This document shows, in pieces, positions 21,410-31,641 of a DNA stretch of 64,000 bases. Positions within the stretch are counted from its first letter, which is position 1. Each line of letters opens with the position of its first letter. Where the stretch lies: contig CP070695.1 in assembly GCA_020353515.1 (NCBI GenBank), positions 4,721,414 through 4,785,413 of the forward strand, written 5' to 3'. The position numbers were made by a program, and so were the translations under genes. A model generated the notes under the pieces. It ran no database searches, was not told where the DNA came from, and saw only the letters and a program-made list of their open reading frames with translations. The stretch is from Candidatus Heimdallarchaeota archaeon (lineage in GTDB: Archaea > Asgardarchaeota > Heimdallarchaeia > Hodarchaeales > Hodarchaeaceae).

Positions 21410-21519
21410 TCTAACACCGTAATTTTATTGTGAGAACATTTATTATAATTCAAATATGTATTTTTCAGGATGTATCGAGCTTTATTAAGCAATATATGAT
21501 ATGAATTTTAAGCTTAAAA

Positions 21520-21849
21520 CTGTTCGATTTAGGTAATAAAAAGACTGGATTAGAACAAGCTCGATGTGTCTTCCATATTAATCGTGCTGCTGTCGATAAA
21601 TGTGAAAGATGTGGCAGAATGATCTGTTTGGAATGTAAAAGAACCCGTAGATTTGGCGTTTATTCGAGTGGAAGTACAGCATATATTTACTGTCCCGAAT
21701 GCTATCGGTTTGACGGGAAAAGAAACAAATGGGTGTTTCTTTTGGTTTCAGTTTTTGCCATAGTTGCATTCATAATTATTGCCATATTTATGATAACTAT
21801 GTTCAATGAATTCACGGCAAACATGCCCACAATGCTAGGAGCCCCATAG
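21520..21849 (+). CDS. B-box-type zinc-finger protein with C-terminal TM helix
   Basis: Frame is open upstream of the annotated ATG at 21619, giving CVFH..AVDKCERCGRMICLEC...YCPEC then a hydrophobic helix; start uncertain (CTG 21520 proposed). Confidence 0.7.
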   Translation: MFDLGNKKTGLEQARCVFHINRAAVDKCERCGRMICLECKRTRRFGVYSSGSTAYIYCPECYRFDGKRNKWVFLLVSVFAIVAFIIIAIFMITMFNEFTANMPTMLGAP

Positions 21850-21900
21850 ATCCATCCAATTCCGTGACAACAGGCATAGAGATTTCTCTGTTAATTATAT

Positions 21901-21932
21901 GGGAGAAAGAAACACAATCTCCCTTTGTTTTT
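21901..21932 (+). terminator. Hairpin plus T-tract
   Basis: GGGAGA-N11-TCTCCC followed by TTTGTTTTT downstream of the zinc-finger gene. Confidence 0.4.
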
Positions 21933-22114
21933 AGTAAAAAAACCCTTTTTTCTCTGTTATTAGCTGATTAATTCACCATTACAGATAATAAGCTGTAACC
22001 ATCAAATATTTAGAATCATATAGTCATAATAAAAAACCTGAAATACTGATCTGTAAAAATATATATCAGCCAATTAAGTTTGTAGACTCCTAATAATTAC
22101 AGAAGGAGAAAGTT

Positions 22115-22894
22115 ATGGAAAAAAGTCAAGATCTTCTTTCATTAAATGGAAAAACTGCAATCATTACTGGAGCAGCATCGGGTATTGGACTAGCAACAGC
22201 TTCACTCCTTGCTACCATGGAAGCAAAAGTCGCTCTGATAGATGTTAATGAATCAGCAGGGAAAAAAGCTGCAACAGAAATCAGGAACTTTGGAGGAAAA
22301 GTAAAATTCTTTCATTGCGATATCTCTTCTAATAACGAGTGTAAAAATACAGTTAATGCTATTCATGAGGAATTTGGAAGAATTAACATTTTATTCAATA
22401 ATGCAGGAGTCATCAAACGGAAAAACATCATTGATCTTGAAGAACAAGACTGGGATCAAGTGTTAGATGTTAATCTAAAAGGAATCTATTTACTATCTCG
22501 TTATGTAATTCCAATTATGATTAAAGGAAAAGGAGGAAGTATAATTAATACGGGGTCAGGATGGGGACTTAGAGGGGGACCCGACGCATTAGCTTACTGT
22601 GCTTCAAAAGGTGGAGTGGTAAACATGACTCGAGCAATGGCAATTGATCTGGGTAAGTATGGGATCCGTGTAAATTGTGTATGTCCTGGAGATATTGATA
22701 CTCCAATGTTACGGGGTGAGGCTCATCAATTAGGTGTGGATGAAGAAGAATTCATGAAGGAAGCTGCAAACAGACCCATCAATCGTATTGGTACACCTCA
22801 AGATGTTGCTTATGCTGTTCTTTATCTTGCGAGTGATATTTCAACCTGGGTAACAGGTTCCATTCTAGTTGTTGATGGTGGAGGTATTGCTTAA
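22115..22894 (+). CDS. Short-chain dehydrogenase/reductase (NAD-dependent)
   Basis: TGAASGIG, NNAG, YCASK, VNCVCPG, VDGG. Confidence 0.95.
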   Translation: MEKSQDLLSLNGKTAIITGAASGIGLATASLLATMEAKVALIDVNESAGKKAATEIRNFGGKVKFFHCDISSNNECKNTVNAIHEEFGRINILFNNAGVIKRKNIIDLEEQDWDQVLDVNLKGIYLLSRYVIPIMIKGKGGSIINTGSGWGLRGGPDALAYCASKGGVVNMTRAMAIDLGKYGIRVNCVCPGDIDTPMLRGEAHQLGVDEEEFMKEAANRPINRIGTPQDVAYAVLYLASDISTWVTGSILVVDGGGIA

Positions 22895-22951
22895 ACTGAT
22901 TTCTTTTTTAACATGAATCTAAGATTGATTTTAATAGGAAATGGATTTAAC

Positions 22952-24361
22952 ATGAGTAGAAAGAATGAGATAGTTTATCCTTACATTCCAAATTCCGTAC
23001 CTGAAATTAAAGCCAAGATGCTTGAAGAAATTGGCGTAAATGACATCGAAACCTTGTACGAAGATATTCCTGAGCATTTAAGGTTTAAGAGAGAACTAGA
23101 CCTACCAAAACCTTTTCTTTCAGAATATACATTAAAACGACATGTAGATCATATTCTATCGAAAAATCGAACCTGTCAAGAAAATATTAACTTTCTTGGT
23201 GGAGGTTGCTGGCAGCATTATGTGCCTGCGATATGTGATGAGATAAATCAACGATCAGAGTTTTTAACTGCATATGCAGGAGAACCCTATGAGGATCATG
23301 GTAGATTTCACGCCTTATTTGAGTATGAAAGTATGATGGGAGAATTACTTGATATGGACGTTGTCAACGTCCCAACGTACGATTGGGGGCAAGCTGCAAG
23401 CACATCAATAAGAATGGCTGAAAGAATAACGAATCGTTCTGAAATATTAATTTCAAAACTCATTGCTCCTGATAGACTGGCAATAATTCGGAATTATTGT
23501 CAGCCTGGAATTCGAATTGAGCTAATAGATTATAATCCGAGAACTGGACTTGTAGATCTTAATGATTTAGAAACAAAATTATCTTCAAAAAGTATTGGAT
23601 TTTACTTTGAAAATCCCTCTTATTTGGGCACTATCGAGGATCAAGGACAGAAGATTTCTGATCTTGTGCATAATCATGGAGCTTTAAGTCTTGTTGGGGT
23701 AGATCCAATTTCTTTGGGAGTGATTATCCCTCCTAGTAATTATGGTGCTGATATTGTCTGTGGTGATATTCAACCCCTTGGTGTTCATATGCAATATGGT
23801 GGGGGACTTGCTGGTTTTATTGCTACTCGGGATGAAGAGAAATTTGTGATGGAATATCCATCCCGACTCTTTGGTATAACTCATACCACTGTAGAAGGGG
23901 AGTGGGGTTTTGGAGATGTTACGTATGAGCGGACGTCTTTCGATAAAAGAGAACAGGGAAAAGAATTCGTTGGTACAATGGCTGCATTATGGGGAATTAC
24001 CGCAGGGGTTTACTTGGCTCTGATGGGACCTCAAGGAATGTATGACCTTGGGAAATTAATTTTACAAAAATCACAATATGCAATGAAGCGAATCTCAGAG
24101 ATTAAAGGGATAGATGTTCTTTTATTTCAATCATCACACTTTAAAGAATTTGTTGTGGATTTCAATAACAGTGGAAGGACAATTGAAGAAGTAAGTAAAT
24201 TTCTGCTTGAGAAAGAAATTTTTGGAGGAAAAGATCTTACCAAAGATTTTCCTGAACTAGGAGAAAGCGCACTATATTGTATCACGGAAATTCATACGAA
24301 AGAGGATATCGATCGATTAGTTCAAGCGTTGAATGAATGTCTACAAAGAGAGGAGGAATAA
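22952..24361 (+). CDS. gcvPA: Glycine dehydrogenase subunit 1-like (divergent GcvPA)
   Basis: FLGGG.WQHYVP, RSEFLTAY, ENPSYLG, GADIVCG, QPLG..MQYGG; ATG 22952 preferred over 22913. Confidence 0.88.
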   Translation: MSRKNEIVYPYIPNSVPEIKAKMLEEIGVNDIETLYEDIPEHLRFKRELDLPKPFLSEYTLKRHVDHILSKNRTCQENINFLGGGCWQHYVPAICDEINQRSEFLTAYAGEPYEDHGRFHALFEYESMMGELLDMDVVNVPTYDWGQAASTSIRMAERITNRSEILISKLIAPDRLAIIRNYCQPGIRIELIDYNPRTGLVDLNDLETKLSSKSIGFYFENPSYLGTIEDQGQKISDLVHNHGALSLVGVDPISLGVIIPPSNYGADIVCGDIQPLGVHMQYGGGLAGFIATRDEEKFVMEYPSRLFGITHTTVEGEWGFGDVTYERTSFDKREQGKEFVGTMAALWGITAGVYLALMGPQGMYDLGKLILQKSQYAMKRISEIKGIDVLLFQSSHFKEFVVDFNNSGRTIEEVSKFLLEKEIFGGKDLTKDFPELGESALYCITEIHTKEDIDRLVQALNECLQREEE

Positions 24362-24363
24362 TA

Positions 24364-25905
24364 ATGAAGCCAAGAATGAATTTTCATCAAGCAAAATGGG
24401 ATGAACCTATCATCTTCGAATTAAGCACACAAGGAGAACGGGGAATACTAGTACCAGAAATTGAAGAAGAAATCAAAATGATGGTCGGCGATGGAATCTC
24501 ATCCTTACCTAAAAATGTAATAAGGACACAGGTTCCTCAACTTCCAGAATTGTCTCAAATGCGTGTTTTAAAACACTATTTACGCTTATCACAGGAAAAT
24601 CTAGGTGCAGATTTAAATGTTGATATTGGTCAAGGTACCTGTACCATGAAGTACAGTCCTAAGATTAACGAACAGTTTACTACTTCACCAAAGTTAACAG
24701 AACTTCATCCAAATCAAGATGAAAGCACAGTTCAAGGTATTTTAGAAATAATTTACAAAACCGATGTTTTTCTCAGAGAAATATCAGGACTTGATAAGTT
24801 CTCCTTTCAACCTGGGGGTGGTAGTCAAGCAATACTCGCAATGGCTTCGATAATTCAGGCATACCATGATTCTAATGGAGAGTCTGAAAAACGAGACGAA
24901 ATGATCACAACAATATTTTCCCATCCTTCTGATGCAGCTGCGGCAGCTGTAAAGGGATATAAGATAATCACTATTTATCCAAATGAAGATGGACTACCTG
25001 ATATTGAAGCTCTAAAAACAGCTGTATCAGATCGTACTGCAGGATTATTAATTACAAATCCTGAAGATACAGGAATCTTTAATCCAGATATAGAGGAATT
25101 CACACAGACTATCCATGATTACGGGGGTCTGTGTGGTTATGACCAGGCCAATGCAAATGGAGTACTTGGCATTGCTAGAGCAAAAGAAGCAGAATTCGAC
25201 ATGTGTTTCTTTAATCTTCATAAGACATTCTCTTCTCCTCACGGATGTGGGGGACCAGGTGCAGGCGCTCTTGGTGTATCAGAGAAGCTCAAAGAGTACC
25301 TTCCAGTTCCCTTAGTAGATTTTAATGGTAAGACTTATTCTTTGAATTATAGCTTAACAAAAAGTATAGGCAAAGTAAGAGGCTATTATGGGGTTGTACC
25401 CGCAATACTGAGAACTTATGCGTGGATTATGAGTTTAGGCAGTGAGGGATTAAAAGAAGCATCCCGTATAGCTGTTCTCAACAATAACTATCTGTTAAAA
25501 AAGGTTTTAGAACTACAAGGAGCTAGTGCTCCCTATGCTAAAGACCGACATCGTATTGAACAGGTTCGCTACAGCTGGGAAGACCTTACAAATGATACAG
25601 GAGTTACTACAGAAGATATCACCAATAGAATGATTGATTTTGGTTTCCATATGTGGTCCTCGCACCATCCCTTCATTGTTCCTCAACCAATGACACTTGA
25701 ACCTACTGAATCTTATTCAAAAGCTGAAATTGATGAATACATCGCAGGATTATCACAAATAGTTAAAGAAGCCTATCAAAATACTGATATCGTGAAGAAT
25801 GCTCCTCACAACAGTGTTGTCCACAAAATTAAAACAGAACCACTTGATGATCCTAACAAATGGGCAATTACTTGGAGGGCATATCTAAAAAAATGGAAAA
25901 AATAA
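24364..25905 (+). CDS. gcvPB: Glycine dehydrogenase subunit 2-like (divergent GcvPB)
   Basis: HYLRLSQ, GTCTMKYSPKINE, PLP-lysine motif NLHKTFSSPHGCGGPG, LEPTES; RBS GAGGAGG before ATG 24364. Confidence 0.9.
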   Translation: MKPRMNFHQAKWDEPIIFELSTQGERGILVPEIEEEIKMMVGDGISSLPKNVIRTQVPQLPELSQMRVLKHYLRLSQENLGADLNVDIGQGTCTMKYSPKINEQFTTSPKLTELHPNQDESTVQGILEIIYKTDVFLREISGLDKFSFQPGGGSQAILAMASIIQAYHDSNGESEKRDEMITTIFSHPSDAAAAAVKGYKIITIYPNEDGLPDIEALKTAVSDRTAGLLITNPEDTGIFNPDIEEFTQTIHDYGGLCGYDQANANGVLGIARAKEAEFDMCFFNLHKTFSSPHGCGGPGAGALGVSEKLKEYLPVPLVDFNGKTYSLNYSLTKSIGKVRGYYGVVPAILRTYAWIMSLGSEGLKEASRIAVLNNNYLLKKVLELQGASAPYAKDRHRIEQVRYSWEDLTNDTGVTTEDITNRMIDFGFHMWSSHHPFIVPQPMTLEPTESYSKAEIDEYIAGLSQIVKEAYQNTDIVKNAPHNSVVHKIKTEPLDDPNKWAITWRAYLKKWKK

Positions 25906-25914
25906 TGATTTCAA

Positions 25915-27030
25915 ATGAAGAAACTAGGTCTTATCATCAATCCTATTGCGGGAATGGGGGGAAAAGTTGGATTAAAAGGAACTGATGGGATCGATATTCT
26001 AGAGAAGGCTAAAAGTTTAGGAGCAAAACCAGAATCTCCCAAGCGTGCAGCAGAAGCATTAAACAGACTTAAATTTCTTGAAGACAAGATCGAATTATTT
26101 TCATATCCTAATGAGATGGGTGCAGATGTCATTCAATCATGTGGATTTAAGCTTAAAGTTATTGGGTCGATACTAAAGGGAAAAACAACGTCTGAAGACA
26201 CACAAAAAGCATCACAAGATTTATTAGATCTTAATATTGATCTTTTACTCTTCGCGGGAGGAGACGGAACAGCCAGGGATATTTATAATGTTGTTAAAGA
26301 CAAATTAGTTGTTTTAGGCATACCTACAGGAGTAAAAATGCATTCAGCAGTTTATGCTTGGAATCCGATGAGAGCGGGAGATTTAACAGCGTTATATCTT
26401 CAACAGAGAGTTCACGAAGTTAGAGAAGCAGAAGTGATGGATATTGATGAAGAGAGTTTCAGAAATGGTATTTTATCAGCTAAACTATATGGATACATGA
26501 AGATTCCATATGAGAGAAGATTTGTTCAAGGAATGAAAGCTGGAACGCCACCTAATGAAAAATATGATCAAGAAGCGATCGCAGAAGATATTATTGAGAA
26601 TATGAAAGATGATTATTACTACATCGTCGGCCCTGGTACAACAACACGTCCTATTATGGAGAAACTGAATTTAGAGAATTCATTATTAGGTGTCGATCTT
26701 ATCTATAAACAAGCTCTTGTGGGAAAGGATCTAAATGAAAGTGAACTACTAAATCATATTAAGGGAAAGAAAGTAAAACTGATAGTAACACCAATTGGGG
26801 GGCAAGGGTACTTATTTGGAAGAGGAAATCAACAGATCAGTCCTGATATTCTTAAACAAGTAGGGAAAAAAAATCTATTAGTTATAGCAACAAGAGAAAA
26901 AATAAATTCTCTTAATGGAAGACCATTTTTGGTTGATACAGGAGACACTGAGATTAATAAGCTTTTGAGTGGTTACATTAAGGTTATAACAGGTTATCGT
27001 GAAAAAGCAGTCTATAAAGTGGCATTTTAA
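25915..27030 (+). CDS. ATP-NAD kinase-like (AcoX-related) protein
   Basis: [46 protein letters not shown]. Confidence 0.88.
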   Translation: MKKLGLIINPIAGMGGKVGLKGTDGIDILEKAKSLGAKPESPKRAAEALNRLKFLEDKIELFSYPNEMGADVIQSCGFKLKVIGSILKGKTTSEDTQKASQDLLDLNIDLLLFAGGDGTARDIYNVVKDKLVVLGIPTGVKMHSAVYAWNPMRAGDLTALYLQQRVHEVREAEVMDIDEESFRNGILSAKLYGYMKIPYERRFVQGMKAGTPPNEKYDQEAIAEDIIENMKDDYYYIVGPGTTTRPIMEKLNLENSLLGVDLIYKQALVGKDLNESELLNHIKGKKVKLIVTPIGGQGYLFGRGNQQISPDILKQVGKKNLLVIATREKINSLNGRPFLVDTGDTEINKLLSGYIKVITGYREKAVYKVAF

Positions 27031-27193
27031 CAACCACTAAGTTCTTAAAATGAATAAATTTCAAACCTTACGAAAAATAGATATTAAAATGGTAACCATA
27101 CCAATATGAAAAATTATAAAAATCTGCAGTATTTCTTGAAAAATGATAATATTGACCACACAGATTTCTGGCATAAAATATTGTTGTTGTTGT

Positions 27194-27284
27194 TAATTCT
27201 TTCATCCAGCCAGGAGTCTATAGTGGGCACCGAATTGATCAAATTCCACTGTTCTTTTGAATACTCCTGGGGATTAAAGAATTA
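27194..27284. other. Long imperfect inverted repeat (about 90-nt hairpin) upstream of cysS
   Basis: TAATTCTTT-C-ATCC-AG-CCAGGAGT pairs with ACTCCTGG-GGAT-T-AAAGAATTA; inner stem ATAGTGG/CCACTGT. Confidence 0.65.
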
Positions 27285-27312
27285 TAACTTTATTCAAGAG
27301 AGGTAGAAAAGG

Positions 27313-28734
27313 TTGAAATTATTTAACTCCTTAACTAGACAAAAAGAAGAATTTATCCCTATTGAGAATAAAAAAGTTCGCTTTTATTCTTGTGGCCAGA
27401 CGATTTATCTCGATGTCCACTTGGGGAACGTGAGAACTTATTCCTATTGGGATGTTTTAGTGAGATATTTACGATGGCGTGGTTTCGATGTCTTTTGGGT
27501 TCAAAATATTACAGATGTAGGACATTTAACTGATGATGCAGATTCTGGAGAAGATAGGATTGTAAAAACAGCAAGAGATAAGAATTTAGAACCGATGGTT
27601 TTAGTTGAAACACAAATCAAACGCTTTTTCGAAGATATTGACGCACTTAATATCCAAAGAGCTGATGTTTATCCTCGAGCGACTGGCCACATTCCAGAAA
27701 TGATTGATTTCATTTCAGAATTATTAAAAAAAGGTTATGCATATGTGGTCAACGGCTCAGTTTATTTTGATGTCCACAAATTTCCATCTTATGGGGAACT
27801 CAGTCCATCAAGTTATTCTGAAGAATCTGCAGGAGTCCGTGTGGCAGTAAATCCAGAAAAACGGAACCCCCGCGATTTTGCATTGTGGATCAAAGCTCCA
27901 CCAAATTACCTCATGAAGTGGCCATCTCCATGGGGCTTAGGTTATCCTGGTTGGCATTTAGAATGCTCTGTAATGTCGCAAAAATATCTAGGTGATACTT
28001 TAGACATTCACTCTGGAGGAATCGAGCACTTAATGCTGCATCATCCTAATGAGATTGCTCAATCAGAAGCACGAACAGGGAAGAAATTTGTTAACTATTG
28101 GATTCACGCGAATCACCTCATTGTTAATGGCAGAAAAATGAGTAAATCTCTAGGAAATTACATTCTAATTCGAGATCTGCTGAAAAAATATGATCCCACA
28201 GCTATACGCTTCTTTTTAATTAATAGTCACTATCGAAAAAACCTTGATTTTAACGAGGATGCCTTTAAAGAGGCCCAAAACCTCCTAACTCGAATTAAAA
28301 ATACATTAACACTGATTGGTCAGATTCCTGGAGGAGAAGAAACAACTTTAACTGCTGATCTAGAAATATTAGAGACAGAATTCATCCAAGCAATGGATGA
28401 TGACCTGAACACAGTCGCCGCGATTCAAAGTATTATGAAATTCATTAGAAAATTGAATTTTGCCTTAGAAAACCAAAGAAAAACAGTTTTAGATGTATCA
28501 AAAGGGAAAATTATTGAATTACTAGAGATTCTTGGTATAACATTAGAAACAGCTAATATGGAACAAAATAAGGGAGAATTAGTAGAATCATTAGTAGATT
28601 TGCTTATAAATGTAAGAGAAGATCTACGGAAGGCAAAGATGTTTGGAATCTCCGATAAAATTCGATCTAACCTTTCTAAACTAGGAATTATTCTTGAGGA
28701 TAAAGGCACAGGTACTATTTGGAAAAAACAATGA
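27313..28734 (+). CDS. cysS: Cysteinyl-tRNA synthetase
   Basis: CGQTIY..HLGN, NITDVGH, DFALW, PGWHLECS, HPNE, KMSKS. Confidence 0.97.
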   Translation: MKLFNSLTRQKEEFIPIENKKVRFYSCGQTIYLDVHLGNVRTYSYWDVLVRYLRWRGFDVFWVQNITDVGHLTDDADSGEDRIVKTARDKNLEPMVLVETQIKRFFEDIDALNIQRADVYPRATGHIPEMIDFISELLKKGYAYVVNGSVYFDVHKFPSYGELSPSSYSEESAGVRVAVNPEKRNPRDFALWIKAPPNYLMKWPSPWGLGYPGWHLECSVMSQKYLGDTLDIHSGGIEHLMLHHPNEIAQSEARTGKKFVNYWIHANHLIVNGRKMSKSLGNYILIRDLLKKYDPTAIRFFLINSHYRKNLDFNEDAFKEAQNLLTRIKNTLTLIGQIPGGEETTLTADLEILETEFIQAMDDDLNTVAAIQSIMKFIRKLNFALENQRKTVLDVSKGKIIELLEILGITLETANMEQNKGELVESLVDLLINVREDLRKAKMFGISDKIRSNLSKLGIILEDKGTGTIWKKQ

Positions 28735-28936
28735 ATACTATCTTTATTTACATGAAATTGGTGAAGATAGGTTATTTTCATTATTTTCCTTAAGAAATCT
28801 TCTCTTATATCGAATTTTACTAGTTCTAATAAAGAAAGCTATATATAACTTAATTTTGCTTAATTTAAAACAAGTTTTTACTACTTACTAAATTCTCAAG
28901 GAAAATTTGACCAGAAATAAGGGAGCCTAATTTAAT

Positions 28937-31546
28937 ATGAAAAGAAAAACAATCTTTGTTTTATTAGTTATATTAAGTCTTCTAGGAAGTCTTTTTTTAA
29001 TGGATGGTGTTGGAACTAATCCAACGCTTGAATTACAATCTATGAATGAACAAATATATCAAGTAAACACCATTCCTTTCAGTTGGATAGATATAGTTAG
29101 CACAGGTACTCATTTAATCTTGTCCGATGATTCTTACTCAACTGTTGTTATACCCTTCGATTTTCCTTTCTATGATGAAGCATTTACTACAGTATTAGTC
29201 AGTAGTAACGGATTTCTAACATTTAATACTAGTACTAATCCTTCGAAAACTTATGGCGATATCCCACAGAGTGAGTTCACATATCTAATTGCCTTATATT
29301 GGACTGATCTGTATCCTGACGATCTTTATGGTGGTGGGGGTGTGTATTATCAGTCCTTTGAAGATTATCTAGTCATTCAATATCATAACATCTCAACCTG
29401 TTGCAGTGGGTATTTGGCAGGTGACTTTGAAGTTGTTCTTCACTCTTCAGGAATAATTCAAATGTTTTATGCCAACATATCCACTACATTAGGTACTATT
29501 GGTGTTGATAGAGGAAATTCAGAGCAATACACAACGTATTCGATTTTTCCTCCTGTAATTGAAGCAGGTATTGAATTTTCTTCCTCTAGTGGTGTAACCA
29601 TAACTTCAGACACCTATTATGATGATACTGCTTCAAATTACAGATTAACATGGATAGCACATGGAGATATCACTGTTGATTATTATGAAGTCTTCGTGAA
29701 TGATACATCGCAAGGAACTACAACAGATCTAAACATGACCATACCAGTCTCTTCTCCAAGTAACTATAATCTCACAGTAGTACTTCATGCAACTGATCTA
29801 TCAACCTATGAAGATACTATATTTATTATTATGAAAAAACAACCAAGACAATACATGATGAATGAGATCCCGTTCAGCTGGATTAATATCAATACTACCG
29901 GTACTCATCTCGTTTTAGGTGATGACTCTTATCAAAATATCTCATTACCTTTCACCTTTCCTTTCTATAATGAGACATTTGATTCAGTCTTGGTGAGCAG
30001 CAATGGATTTCTTACTTTTTTCAAAACTGATTTGTACCCCTCTACTTTCGGAACTATCCCTCAGACTCAATACAAGTTCTTAATTGCATTATTTTGGACA
30101 GATTTAAACCCCGACGACTCGTATGGCGGTGGGGGTGTCTACTACCAATCCTTTGGTACTTACTGTGTCATCCAATATGAATACATGTCAACATGCTGCA
30201 ATGGGGATTTGGCAGGGGATTTTGAAGTCATTCTTCACTCTTCGGGATTAATTCAGATGTTTTATACCAATATGGCTATTGCTAGCGGCACTATCGGAGT
30301 TGATAAAGGAGATAACGAAAATTATACTGCTTATTCCCTTATTTCTCCTGTAGATGCGGTTGGTATCGAGTTTTTCCTACCTGGAGTAGTAATTACATCA
30401 CCGCATTTTTACCTGGAAGAAGATATTGAGTACACTATAAAATGGTCGCCAATGGGAGTATTAGATGTAATACATTACGAAATTTTAGTGAATGATATCT
30501 CGCAAGGGACTACAACAGATCTAAACATGACCATACCAGTCTCTTCTCCAAGTAACTATAATATCACAGTAGTCCTTTATACTGATTTATCATATTATTC
30601 CGATCAAATACATCTAGCAATGGTTCAACCAATAGTCACAGGATTGTATGTTGGCGCTTTTTTAAGTTATGAATTTATCAATGAGGATCCTGTAGAAGAA
30701 TATTCTTATATAATCAATACTGCGACGATCATCGAGGAACTTTCGTCATATCGTTGGTTAGTTAATCTGACAACTTTTAATTATGAAGATAAGGAATCAA
30801 AAACCCTCATTACTACATATTCTTCTCTTCGAGAACTAGATAGCGCTTTATTGAGTTCAAACGCGGAATTTTGGAGTAACGCTCATCAATTATCGATTGG
30901 TGACACATTCTTCGCAATAGGTACCATGGGAACAATTGAGGGGGAAAAAGTAATAGATCTGCCTGGAATAGGTAGTATTCCTTGTTGGAAAACTGAAGTA
31001 ATGGTTGGTGAAGGATTCGAGATAAGGGAAGCTTTTGCTTATTACTGCAAAAAAACTGGTGTTTTTATTGCGTTAGAAGCCCCAGAATTCATCAGTGGAA
31101 GACTGATTGATTTCAATTATCCTTTTGGAGATATTAATGAACGTCCGACTATTACAATAGATGAACCTAAGAGTGGAGATACCTTCGATATTAGTACTGA
31201 TACTATTGAGGTCCAAGTTACCGCATCCGATGATAAAGCTGGTTTAAAAGTTAAAATCAAATTAGATGGTGGTGATTGGCAAGATATGACTCATACTGAA
31301 GGTGACCAGTATTCTTATACCTTTACAGATCTCAGTGCGGGCAGACACACCGTCAGGGTGGTCGCGATTGACAATGAGAACCTTGAAGCTACCGATTCCA
31401 TTAGATTTACCATTGAAACAGAAGAAACATCGACATCAGAGGAAACTGAAGGAGAACTCCCTTCAATATCTCCAGGCTTTGAAGTTATTTTACCACTCAT
31501 TTGTCTATTTCCAATATTCTTCTATCGAAAGCACAGAAAAAGCTAA
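28937..31546 (+). CDS. Surface glycoprotein with two nidogen/NIDO-like + Ig repeats, an Ig-like domain and a PGF-CTERM-like anchor
   Basis: Signal peptide; twice DD....PF.FPFY...VSSNGFLTF...IAL.WTDL; C-terminal Ig fold; ISPGFEVILPLICLFPIFFYRKHRKS. Confidence 0.85.
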   Translation: MKRKTIFVLLVILSLLGSLFLMDGVGTNPTLELQSMNEQIYQVNTIPFSWIDIVSTGTHLILSDDSYSTVVIPFDFPFYDEAFTTVLVSSNGFLTFNTSTNPSKTYGDIPQSEFTYLIALYWTDLYPDDLYGGGGVYYQSFEDYLVIQYHNISTCCSGYLAGDFEVVLHSSGIIQMFYANISTTLGTIGVDRGNSEQYTTYSIFPPVIEAGIEFSSSSGVTITSDTYYDDTASNYRLTWIAHGDITVDYYEVFVNDTSQGTTTDLNMTIPVSSPSNYNLTVVLHATDLSTYEDTIFIIMKKQPRQYMMNEIPFSWININTTGTHLVLGDDSYQNISLPFTFPFYNETFDSVLVSSNGFLTFFKTDLYPSTFGTIPQTQYKFLIALFWTDLNPDDSYGGGGVYYQSFGTYCVIQYEYMSTCCNGDLAGDFEVILHSSGLIQMFYTNMAIASGTIGVDKGDNENYTAYSLISPVDAVGIEFFLPGVVITSPHFYLEEDIEYTIKWSPMGVLDVIHYEILVNDISQGTTTDLNMTIPVSSPSNYNITVVLYTDLSYYSDQIHLAMVQPIVTGLYVGAFLSYEFINEDPVEEYSYIINTATIIEELSSYRWLVNLTTFNYEDKESKTLITTYSSLRELDSALLSSNAEFWSNAHQLSIGDTFFAIGTMGTIEGEKVIDLPGIGSIPCWKTEVMVGEGFEIREAFAYYCKKTGVFIALEAPEFISGRLIDFNYPFGDINERPTITIDEPKSGDTFDISTDTIEVQVTASDDKAGLKVKIKLDGGDWQDMTHTEGDQYSYTFTDLSAGRHTVRVVAIDNENLEATDSIRFTIETEETSTSEETEGELPSISPGFEVILPLICLFPIFFYRKHRKS
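29717..30562 (+). repeat. 54-nt exact direct repeat (29717-29770 and 30509-30562) within a 792-nt internal gene duplication
   Basis: actacaacagatctaaacatgaccataccagtctcttctccaagtaactataat occurs twice. Confidence 0.85.
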
Positions 31547-31641
31547 AAATATAGGGATTCAGGTTCTGCTAACCTGAGACAAATCTCCTCCCTTTTTCTT
31601 CAAAAATTAAAATTAAATGTTTACACTAAGGTTGATTTAAT

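Noticed and set aside
27106-27306. 66-aa ORF upstream of cysS
   Set aside because: No recognisable motif; the Leu run derives from a TTG microsatellite and the region is better explained by the hairpin
29717-30562. Exact repeat as a DGR template/variable repeat pair or att site
   Set aside because: No reverse transcriptase or integrase in the window, no adenine-specific mismatches, and both copies are at equivalent positions of a duplicated domain
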